Origin: Desulfocapsa sulfexigens DSM 10523
GTDB taxonomy: Bacteria > Desulfobacterota > Desulfobulbia > Desulfobulbales > Desulfocapsaceae
Reading direction: 5' to 3'
Assembly (NCBI RefSeq): GCF_000341395.1
Contig: NC_020304.1
Span: 2,490,001-2,522,000 of the forward strand
DNA length: 32,000 bases
The position numbers and the translations under genes were made by a program. Below are positions 24,514 through 32,000 of this stretch, piece after piece. The notes below the pieces were generated by a model. It saw only the letters and a list, made by a program, of their open reading frames with translations, made no database searches and was not told where the DNA came from. The first letter of the stretch is position 1. Every line of letters starts with the position of its first letter.

Positions 24514-25857
24514 ATGAGAAAATTATTTGGAACTGACGGTATTCGCGGAGTAGCAAATATCTACCCCATGACCACTGAAATAGCCATGCAGGTTGGTCGT
24601 GCCATAGCTTTTATTGTTAAAAACCGTAATGGTCGTCACCGTATTGTAATTGGTAAAGATACCAGACAGTCAGGTTATATGATAGAGAATGCCCTGGCTG
24701 CCGGAATCTGTTCCATGGGAGTTGATGTGCTGCTCGTCGGCCCTCTGCCAACACCAGGCATTGCCTTTATTACAACTTCTATGCGGGCAGACGCCGGTGT
24801 CGTAATTTCGGCATCTCATAATCCGTTTCAGGATAATGGTATTAAGATATTTTCACACGATGGGTTTAAATTGCCCGACGCACTTGAGGCCGATATTGAA
24901 GATCTTATTTTTTCTCAAAAGATGGCAGCACTGCGACCGGTTGCGGAAGAAGTTGGCCGGGCAAAACGCATCGATGATGCCAAGGGACGATATATTGTGT
25001 TCCTGAAAAATATTTTCCCTAAAAAGCAGAAGCTTGATGGCATGCACATTGTCCTTGATTGCGCCAATGGGGCAACCTATGGCGTTGCTCCTCACGTATT
25101 TGAAGAACTTGGAGCCAAGGTGACAACTCTTGGGGTAAATCCCGACGGTAAAAACATCAATCACCTGTGCGGAGCATTGCATCCGGAACTGATGGCAGCG
25201 AAGGTCAAGGAGACTGGTGCTGATATTGGTCTGGCACTGGATGGTGATGGCGATCGGTTGATTGTCTGTGATGAAAAAGGCAAGGTGGTTGACGGCGATC
25301 ATATCATGGCGATTTGCGCCAAAGATCTCATGAAGAAGCGGAAGCTGCGGAAAAAAACACTTGTGACAACGGTTATGTCTAATCTGGGACTCGAAGTTGC
25401 CATGAAAAAAATGGGCGGAAAAATGGTTCGTACCCAGGTCGGCGACCGCTACGTTGTAGAAGAGATGCGCCAAAAAGGATATTCCTTTGGCGGTGAACAA
25501 TCGGGCCATCTGGTCTTCCTTGACCATATTACAACGGGAGATGGGAATCTGGCTGCTCTTTGTCTTCTTGCTATTATGCAGAAACGCAACAAACCAATGT
25601 CAGAGCTTGCGCGTGTGATGGAATCCTATCCCCAGGTTTTGAATAACGTGAGGACATCTAAGCCAATTGATCTCGCAAATTTCATAGATTTTCAAGAAAC
25701 TGTGAAGAAGATGGAGAAAAAACTAGGTAAGAGCGGACGGATACTGGTGCGAGCATCGGGTACAGAGCCAGTTATCCGGGTAATGATTGAAGGGGAAAAA
25801 AGGGAAACCATTCAGGCTATGGCAGATGAGCTTGGCGATATGATTTCCAAAGCATAA
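24514..25857 (+). CDS. glmM: phosphoglucosamine mutase
   Basis: Motifs are [12 protein letters not shown], the active site [17 protein letters not shown] and GGEQSGH. Confidence 0.95.
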   Translation: MRKLFGTDGIRGVANIYPMTTEIAMQVGRAIAFIVKNRNGRHRIVIGKDTRQSGYMIENALAAGICSMGVDVLLVGPLPTPGIAFITTSMRADAGVVISASHNPFQDNGIKIFSHDGFKLPDALEADIEDLIFSQKMAALRPVAEEVGRAKRIDDAKGRYIVFLKNIFPKKQKLDGMHIVLDCANGATYGVAPHVFEELGAKVTTLGVNPDGKNINHLCGALHPELMAAKVKETGADIGLALDGDGDRLIVCDEKGKVVDGDHIMAICAKDLMKKRKLRKKTLVTTVMSNLGLEVAMKKMGGKMVRTQVGDRYVVEEMRQKGYSFGGEQSGHLVFLDHITTGDGNLAALCLLAIMQKRNKPMSELARVMESYPQVLNNVRTSKPIDLANFIDFQETVKKMEKKLGKSGRILVRASGTEPVIRVMIEGEKRETIQAMADELGDMISKA

Positions 25858-26029
25858 CCTGAGTGGATGTTACTAGCTGTCTCACCACAGTTTGTGTCCT
25901 GAATGATATGATATGAACCATTGTCCATGACTGGGGGTAACTTCACTGTTCAAACAAACTGAGCCACATCTAACCGTTACAGATCTGTAGCCACTCAAGT
26001 AACCTTAATACGTTTTCCAATACACTTTT

Positions 26030-26359
26030 TCACGGGGTTTCTGTATTCGACGCGTAAAGAGTTATTCCATGTGTTTTAATATGTTCGAGCAGGTTTTCAT
26101 TTTGAGTTGACTCCAGGTGGATACAATCGAAAAAGTAGGGAAGTAAGGTTTCCTCTTCGAGGTAGTCTCGGATGCGGCTCACAAGCTGCGGTGTTACTTT
26201 TTCCCCACTGAATGCACAGTCAATATCGGATCCAGATTTTGCGTTACCTAATGCTCTGGAACCGAAAACCACAACTCTTTCGATTTCAGGGTAGCTGGAA
26301 AATATGGAAATCAGTTGTGACACTGTTTGCGGCGGTAGGTCAATTCTCTTCCTGCTCAT
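26030..26359 (-). CDS. minimal nucleotidyltransferase (MNT, HI0073-like)
   Basis: It has the VVVFGSRALGNAKSGSDIDCAF (GS..D.D) motif. The likely start is Met16 of the track ORF (26359), which overlaps the upstream gene by 20 nt. Confidence 0.78.
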   Translation of the reverse strand: MSRKRIDLPPQTVSQLISIFSSYPEIERVVVFGSRALGNAKSGSDIDCAFSGEKVTPQLVSRIRDYLEEETLLPYFFDCIHLESTQNENLLEHIKTHGITLYASNTETP

Positions 26360-26756
26360 TACATTCCTGGAACCATTTAACCAGTTTTGTGATTTCTGGT
26401 GCAAAGTCCTGTTTGATTAGTCTATATGATTCCATGGCGAGGGTTTCGTCATAGGTATGCGCCAGTAAGTTTCTTTTTCCCAGCATATCCAACCAGCACT
26501 CTCCTTCGTCAATTATCTGATGATGAAAAGCTTTCTTTATGATTTCTCTTGGAAATTGACAGATAACACCCTGGGCTTCGAGATAGTCTTTTAATGTCTT
26601 CCAGGAAAGTTCAAAGGTGAACTCAAAACTCTGGATAATACCCTGTCGCTCGATATCGCTGGGATGTTCAATGTCCAGTCCTCTTTGGAGCTGGCGAAAT
26701 GCCTTCTCCAAATTCTGGAACCGTTGTTGCCAGCGTATTGTTTTCAGTTGGTTCAT
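26340..26756 (-). CDS. HEPN-type nucleotidyltransferase substrate-binding protein (HI0074 family)
   Basis: 138 aa. Motifs are RWQQRFQNLEKAFRQL, FEFTFELSWKTLKDYL and the Rx4HxY motif KRNLLAHTY. Confidence 0.78.
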   Translation of the reverse strand: MNQLKTIRWQQRFQNLEKAFRQLQRGLDIEHPSDIERQGIIQSFEFTFELSWKTLKDYLEAQGVICQFPREIIKKAFHHQIIDEGECWLDMLGKRNLLAHTYDETLAMESYRLIKQDFAPEITKLVKWFQECNEQEEN

Positions 26757-26938
26757 TTGATGTTTGTTTGAATCAGTGAATCAGAGGACATGTTGTAGTT
26801 TTTCTTTGTATCACTATTCATTTCATTCTTGCCATACTGGTACAAATTATACCTTGATAGTGTGATTTTCTCCTATCATTTTTTTGTGGAATAATTAAAA
26901 GGAAAAATGCGGACACCTGTGCTCTGAAGCAAGATCTC

Positions 26939-28027
26939 TCATTCTGTTCTTTTGTTTATGAGGCTCATGGCAGCAGCAAAGACCTCCTGCACGGTGATTT
27001 GTTGCATACATGCGGCATTGTTTGGACATTTTGGGGTGTAGCCAAATCTGGTGCATGGTGAGCATGAAAGCTGTTTATTAATGATAATATGTTTATCTCC
27101 ATGTGGTGCCCATTTGGCAGCAATACCAGAACCGAATAAAGAGACGGTTGCTTTGTTAAGGGCAACACCAGCATGCAGCATTCCGGAATCCCCACTAATC
27201 AGTAAGTGGGAGTTTTGGATGATAGCAAAAGACTCTGCAAATGTTGTTTTTCCTGCTAAATTTGTCCCTTTGTTTCCTTTGACTATCTCATTGCCAGTAT
27301 CGATGTCTTCCTTTCCGCCAATAACTACTACCTGAAATCCTTTTTGATTGAAAAGTTGGGTAAGGCGAAAAAAATTGTCCTCCCCCCATTGTCTTTCCTG
27401 GATGCTTGCTCCAGGAAATATGCAGATGTATGTTTCTGACTGCAAAGGTGTAAGCAGTCTTTGGACTGTTTGTTTTGCGGACTCAGGTAGTTGCAGGAAT
27501 GGTTTGGATATTTTTTCTGGTGGTGTAATACCGAGTGGTGCCAGCAGATTGAGAAAACTATCTGCCTCGTAAGTGTCGTGTGAGTAGTCAACACAATCTG
27601 AAAACATTTTGACACGCTCGTTTCCAGAAAAACCGATTTTGACATCACTGCGGATAACACGTGAGACGACCGCAGAAAGACGGTGGTGCTGCTCGGTGTC
27701 GATGATACAGTCATAGCGTTTTGTTAAACAGGAGAAGAGTTCCATGAAATGATCATGCCTGTAGACTTTTTCTACGGCTGAACACAAGGTGAAAACTGCT
27801 CCATTTCGGGTTTCAGCCAATATCTCAATATGGCAGTCAGGGAAAGCAGATTTGATGGCTTGAATTGCTGGAATAAGAAGGATTGCATCTCCAATACCAC
27901 CAGGACGGATGAATAAAAAACTGGGTGCAGCAGGAAATTCTCGTCGGGTATTTTTGAACCGGGGTAAAAGACGAATTAAGAGTGAGCCAAATTGTTGGTC
28001 AATACCTTTTAGAAAGAGAGTGTTCAT
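26939..28027 (-). CDS. glycosyltransferase family 9 (LPS heptosyltransferase-like)
   Basis: Motifs are IRPGGIGDAILLIPAIQAIK and ISGDSGMLHAGVALNKATVSLFG. Confidence 0.82.
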   Translation of the reverse strand: MNTLFLKGIDQQFGSLLIRLLPRFKNTRREFPAAPSFLFIRPGGIGDAILLIPAIQAIKSAFPDCHIEILAETRNGAVFTLCSAVEKVYRHDHFMELFSCLTKRYDCIIDTEQHHRLSAVVSRVIRSDVKIGFSGNERVKMFSDCVDYSHDTYEADSFLNLLAPLGITPPEKISKPFLQLPESAKQTVQRLLTPLQSETYICIFPGASIQERQWGEDNFFRLTQLFNQKGFQVVVIGGKEDIDTGNEIVKGNKGTNLAGKTTFAESFAIIQNSHLLISGDSGMLHAGVALNKATVSLFGSGIAAKWAPHGDKHIIINKQLSCSPCTRFGYTPKCPNNAACMQQITVQEVFAAAMSLINKRTE

Positions 28028-28044
28028 CAGGGAAGGATTGACGA

Positions 28045-28953
28045 TTATGATTTTTTTTGAGGCCTGGCAAACACAGTGATATTATCACTACGACCTGTCA
28101 AATAGCCTAGGGCAATGAGTGGTGCGAAAAATAGCATTGAGAGTGGGGTCGTGCTCAAGGCTCTACCAATACGAGGGAACCTTCGAGTAAAGCTTTGAGG
28201 GTACCAGAGAGGTGATGGCGTTTGGTACAGTTTTGATACGTTATACCCACAGGATATTAGCAGTATGCGAAGCGCCTTTGGGTTGAAAAAACTGCAATGC
28301 CAGGGAAGAACCCATGTCCAGTTTGTTCCGAATATCTTTCTGCCGATACAATAAATATTTGGCACAACTATCAGGAGTAGTCCGTTGTTTGTTAATTGTG
28401 GAATCAGCTCACGTAATATTTTCTGCGGATGTTCAAAGTGTTCGACAACATGACGGATGACAATTAAGTCAAATTTTTGATCTGGCTTCAATTCCTCAGC
28501 ATAACATGACAAAACGTCGAGTCCTCTTTGCCGAGCAATTGCTGCTCTTTTTGGTGATGGCTCGAGTCCTGTAACAATTGCTCCAGATTCTGCCCAAATT
28601 TGTGAGATTAGCCCGGTACCACAGCCAATATCCAACATCCTGAAATCCTTTTTCCCGAGGAGCTGTCTTGCTTTGGCAATTTCAGGGTTTATTATTAAGC
28701 GTTTGTGGAGGGTACGTAATAGGTTACTCTCAAACAATTCTACAGCACCGTCTACAGATTCCATTTTACGTTCCTCAACGTCTAATAGAACAAGGGGGCG
28801 AAGAAATTCGAGGGTGCAGCTTTGGCAACGGTAGATGAACGATTCTCCATTGTTATGGAGAAGACGGTAAAAAACAGAATCGGTGGTATCGCCGCATCCT
28901 GGGCAGATACGGGGTGAACTTGAGGTCCTGAATGCTTCTAGTGTGTTCATCAA
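28045..28953 (-). CDS. class I SAM-dependent methyltransferase with N-terminal Cys4 zinc-ribbon
   Basis: It has CPGCG...CQSC followed by MLDIGCGTGLISQIWAESGAIVTGLEPS. Confidence 0.82.
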   Translation of the reverse strand: MMNTLEAFRTSSSPRICPGCGDTTDSVFYRLLHNNGESFIYRCQSCTLEFLRPLVLLDVEERKMESVDGAVELFESNLLRTLHKRLIINPEIAKARQLLGKKDFRMLDIGCGTGLISQIWAESGAIVTGLEPSPKRAAIARQRGLDVLSCYAEELKPDQKFDLIVIRHVVEHFEHPQKILRELIPQLTNNGLLLIVVPNIYCIGRKIFGTNWTWVLPWHCSFFNPKALRILLISCGYNVSKLYQTPSPLWYPQSFTRRFPRIGRALSTTPLSMLFFAPLIALGYLTGRSDNITVFARPQKKS

Positions 28954-28973
28954 AGTATTGGTAGCCCTTATCT

Positions 28974-29699
28974 TTAGGGAAATGGTTTCATATCTGTGTG
29001 GAGAGATACAAAAGTGGAAAAAATTGTATACGATACCACCATCATGAGCATATAAAAACCAACTTGCAACCCTAGCCCTGGCATTCCAAATAGGGGGAAA
29101 AATACGAAAATCAGGGCCGTGTAATCGGGGAAAGAGAGAAAGGACTTGATATTACGTTGAAACCACCATTGACGGTATCGGTTGTACCATCGAAAGAAAG
29201 GGAAAGTACCTAAGGTTTCTTTATGTTGCTTTACCGCAAATCCCATCAGATAGCTTATGTAGCATTCTGCGACATGCATAAACAGCATTGCCCAAATCCA
29301 AAGAGAGGACAGCATCCCTTGTGACCAAGCCAGGCAGAGCAGGATGAGGATGTCTCCTACCAGGTCGGACATGTGATCAAGGTAGCGACCTAATTCTGAT
29401 GATTGTTTGTTGATCCTGGCTACAGTCCCATCAGCACAATCACCCACATAGGCAAGATAATAACTTAATGCACCGATAATTAGCCCTGGGTAACTGTTTG
29501 TTAGAAAACAACTCATTGTTATCAGGCGAAAAGCAATGGCAGAAAATGTTATATGGTTTGCAGTCAATGATGTGCGGTTAACCACATATACAACTAATTT
29601 ACGCGAAACTGGTTGTATAAAAGGGAGCGCCCACCATGTTTTTAAAGACATCGCTGCATCTGCCTGGGACTCAGTGATCTTAGATTGCTTATCCGCCAT
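28974..29699 (-). CDS. CDP-alcohol phosphatidyltransferase family membrane protein
   Basis: It has the signature DCADGTVARINKQSSELGRYLDHMSDLVGD (D..DG..AR...G...D...D) and multiple TM helices. Confidence 0.85.
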   Translation of the reverse strand: MADKQSKITESQADAAMSLKTWWALPFIQPVSRKLVVYVVNRTSLTANHITFSAIAFRLITMSCFLTNSYPGLIIGALSYYLAYVGDCADGTVARINKQSSELGRYLDHMSDLVGDILILLCLAWSQGMLSSLWIWAMLFMHVAECYISYLMGFAVKQHKETLGTFPFFRWYNRYRQWWFQRNIKSFLSFPDYTALIFVFFPLFGMPGLGLQVGFYMLMMVVSYTIFSTFVSLHTDMKPFP

Positions 29700-30102
29700 T
29701 ACGTAATTGACCTTTTAAAGAAGAACTTGAGATGTCTTTTGTGCGGGGGAGATAGATGACTTCACAATACTCTTTTAAAAAATCAAATTCTCCCTTCCAG
29801 TCATCACCCATTACAAAGATATCAACTTTATAGTGCAATACATCTTTGATTTTCTGATCCCAGCTTTTTTCTGGAATAACCAGATCAACATAACAAATTG
29901 CTTCAAGGATTTCTTTTCGCTGATCAAAAGGTAAAAAAGATGACTTGTGTTTGAGTAGATTGAAATCATCAGCCGAAAGACCAACGATTAAAAAGTCTCC
30001 CAATGCTTTAGCACGTTTTAAAAGACGGATATGGCCAACATGGAGAAAATCAAAAGTGCCATAAGTGAGGATTGTTTTGATATTTGCATCAATAGACATC
30101 AT
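29689..30102 (-). CDS. tagD: glycerol-3-phosphate cytidylyltransferase (TagD-like)
   Basis: Motifs are ILTYGTFDFLHVGHIRLLKRAKALGDFLIVGLSADDFN...VMGDDWKGEFDFLKEYCEVIYLPRTKDISSS. From memory this is close to B. subtilis TagD. Its stop overlaps the next gene's start by 11 nt. Confidence 0.85.
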   Translation of the reverse strand: MMSIDANIKTILTYGTFDFLHVGHIRLLKRAKALGDFLIVGLSADDFNLLKHKSSFLPFDQRKEILEAICYVDLVIPEKSWDQKIKDVLHYKVDIFVMGDDWKGEFDFLKEYCEVIYLPRTKDISSSSLKGQLRNGG

Positions 30103-30103
30103 C

Positions 30104-31120
30104 TTATACCGCTAACTTCAACAATCTTAAGACTGGGTAGGATAGTTTTCCGAGGGACATAAATATTTTGGGTTGTAACCAAAAAAGTGTAAAGGATAAT
30201 TTATGTTTTATTGATTTTCCGTTTAGGACGTAGAACCAACCTAGTCTTCTGAATTCGTTGTTACTTTTAAGGAAATGGATGATTTGTTTTGTCCCATCGT
30301 TTTTGTTTGATTTGTCTATTAATTTGTATACTGATTCCATATTTAATTTTTCAAATTTTGCAATATTGTAGCCATTGCTTTTCAGTACATCAGAAAAACT
30401 ACTTTTACATATTGATGTCTCGATGAAATTGTATATTTTGAATAAATCAAAAATGTTCTTCATCTTTAATTCACTGGTATTTGATCCAGTTCTGAAACGT
30501 CTATAATAGTATAAATACTCATTGCACATTGCAACGCGTTTTGCATCCAACATGATTAAGTAGGAAAACTCGATATCCTCGTGGACATGATTTTCTCGGA
30601 ACGGAATTTTTATTGCCAAATCACGAGTAATAAATTTGTTGCATGCAGATAGGCAGAACGAATTGTAATTTAGGGATTCAGTGAGAAATATTTTACCAGT
30701 TATTATGTTTTCGTGAAGATAACTGTTTCGTTTTATACGTCTATCTCCAATCGCTAGATAATATTCATATACTAATACATCAAGGTTGTGTTTTTTAGCT
30801 TTTTTGTAAAGAATTTCGCAGGTATTGTTGGCAATCCAATCATCGCTGTCTATGAACAAAACATACTCGCCGGTAGATTGTTTAACCCCAATATTACGCG
30901 CACAACTGGTTCCGGAGTTGGCTTGCTTGATTATTTTTATTCTAGAGTCAATAGATTGATATTTTTCACTAACTTGAAGTGTGTTATCTGTTGACCCATC
31001 ATCTACTATTATAATTTCAATATTCTCTAGTGTTTGATTCACAACAGACTCTAAACATTCACTGATATATGTTTCTACATTATATGCTGGAATTATTAGA
31101 CTTACGTTTGGGGGATTCAT
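30104..31120 (-). CDS. glycosyltransferase family 2
   Basis: It reads MNPPNVSLIIPAYNVETYISECLESVVNQTLENIEIIIVDDGSTDNT...FIDSDD. I chose the start at Met14 of the track ORF (31120). The gene is visibly AT-rich. Confidence 0.82.
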   Translation of the reverse strand: MNPPNVSLIIPAYNVETYISECLESVVNQTLENIEIIIVDDGSTDNTLQVSEKYQSIDSRIKIIKQANSGTSCARNIGVKQSTGEYVLFIDSDDWIANNTCEILYKKAKKHNLDVLVYEYYLAIGDRRIKRNSYLHENIITGKIFLTESLNYNSFCLSACNKFITRDLAIKIPFRENHVHEDIEFSYLIMLDAKRVAMCNEYLYYYRRFRTGSNTSELKMKNIFDLFKIYNFIETSICKSSFSDVLKSNGYNIAKFEKLNMESVYKLIDKSNKNDGTKQIIHFLKSNNEFRRLGWFYVLNGKSIKHKLSFTLFWLQPKIFMSLGKLSYPVLRLLKLAV

Positions 31121-31121
31121 C

Positions 31122-31266
31122 TTAACGGCTTGCCTCTGTAGAGCCATCATTGATAACAATTATTTCTATATTCTTAAGAGTTTGATCCATTACTGATGAG
31201 AGACATATTGAAAATATATTTTTCAGCGTTAATCGAAGAGATAATAATACTAATTTTCGGTTCCAC
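31122..31266 (-). pseudogene. Frameshifted N-terminal remnant of another GT2 gene
   Basis: My manual translation gives (V)EPKISIIISSINAEKYIFN. After a 1-nt frame change it continues CLSSVMDQTLKNIEIIVINDGSTEASR*. This is a GT2 N-terminal signature that stops after about 50 aa, directly abutting the intact GT2 start. Confidence 0.5.
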
Positions 31267-31293
31267 AAAATCATGTCTGCTAAGGTTAGCTTC

Positions 31294-32000
31294 CTATTTC
31301 ACACTCCATCTTTTTTTTTCACCACAGGCAAGACGAAACATATCTGCGATTTCAAGGCCAATTTTTTTTGAAAAAATTGTCACTACCAAAAGCTTTAATA
31401 ACGAAATAGGAAATTCATAAAACTGATGACACAATGGAATTTGATAGCCCAATTCTTTTGAGATCTGTCTGTTTTCAAGTAAAATACCAAGACCTGATGT
31501 GAGCTTTCCAGAAACACCGCCTATAGGCATTCGATCAATTAAAAGATCGAAATACTCAGGTTCCTTATTTAATATTGATTCCATCATCAAGTAACTATCT
31601 CCAGAAATTCTTAAACGAATGTCGAAAGGCTCATTAGCTACAAAAAGTGACTTATGGTGAAATGTTGCTGGATGCGGTGGCAATTGAGGGCGGAGTAAAG
31701 TCCATTCATTTTTCAATTCACACCACGGCTTATCAATTATATCTATCACTTGTCTTTTTATTTCAGACACCAGAAGTAAATTTCCATATACTAAGTCATG
31801 AAAAGGATGCGCCTTCGCAAGGACTGATGCCATTTTTTCAAGAGTGTCAGGATCAGCCAACTCATCCCCAGCGCCTATGAATTGTATCCATTCCCCTTTT
31901 GCATGTCGCAGCGCTTTGTTCCAAGCATCATAAATCCCCTGGTCCGGTTCACTGAACCACAGGTCAATAATATCTTCGTATTGCTTAACCACTGAAAGAG
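31294..32000 (-). CDS. glycosyltransferase family 2 (WcaE-like), C-terminal part; the start lies beyond the right edge
   Basis: It reads SEPDQGIYDAWNKALRHAKGEWIQFIGAGDEL.... The frame stays open upstream of the track's GTG at 31992 to the window end. Confidence 0.7.
   Translation of the reverse strand, partial: LSVVKQYEDIIDLWFSEPDQGIYDAWNKALRHAKGEWIQFIGAGDELADPDTLEKMASVLAKAHPFHDLVYGNLLLVSEIKRQVIDIIDKPWCELKNEWTLLRPQLPPHPATFHHKSLFVANEPFDIRLRISGDSYLMMESILNKEPEYFDLLIDRMPIGGVSGKLTSGLGILLENRQISKELGYQIPLCHQFYEFPISLLKLLVVTIFSKKIGLEIADMFRLACGEKKRWSVK

Noticed and set aside
1-32000. CRISPR arrays, rRNA genes, prophage structural genes
   Set aside because: No regularly spaced direct repeats, rRNA-like segments or phage morphogenesis ORFs were seen anywhere in the window.

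Overview
This 32-kb window looks like a chromosomal segment from a Gram-negative, Desulfobacterota-like organism; the taxon is a guess from gene content. It has three parts. (1) 1-2844 is a minus-strand operon: CBS-pair protein, a 491-aa beta-helix-type protein and a NhaP-type Na+/H+ antiporter that runs off the left edge. (2) About 2.9-11.7 kb is a visibly AT-richer accessory segment ending at the 3' end of tRNA-Gln(CUG). It carries phd/parE, an IS1182-family transposase, an apparently intact class C group II intron with its RT/maturase, a tight hicA / extended hicB / unknown 146-aa gene trio, an Abi-alpha (DUF4393)-like gene and a secreted LptA/OstA-fold protein. The last genes are separated by attC-like imperfect palindromes sharing the core ACATAAC/GTTATGT, so this resembles an integron-type cassette array with no integrase in the window. 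(3) 11.8-32 kb is core backbone: amrB, cysS, ampG, mutY, flavodoxin, a PGPGW membrane protein, prmA, a 1145-aa DUF748/AsmA-like protein and cdaA-cdaR-glmM. It continues with a HEPN(HI0074)/MNT pair and an LPS/polysaccharide locus: GT9 heptosyltransferase, SAM methyltransferase, CDP-alcohol phosphatidyltransferase, tagD-like cytidylyltransferase, GT2, a GT2 remnant and an edge-truncated GT2. No rRNA or CRISPR array was seen. The best candidates for something undescribed are the hicA-hicB-ORF146 trio and the integrase-less cassette array with an antisense IIC intron. All family calls come from reading motifs by eye and need profile searches.
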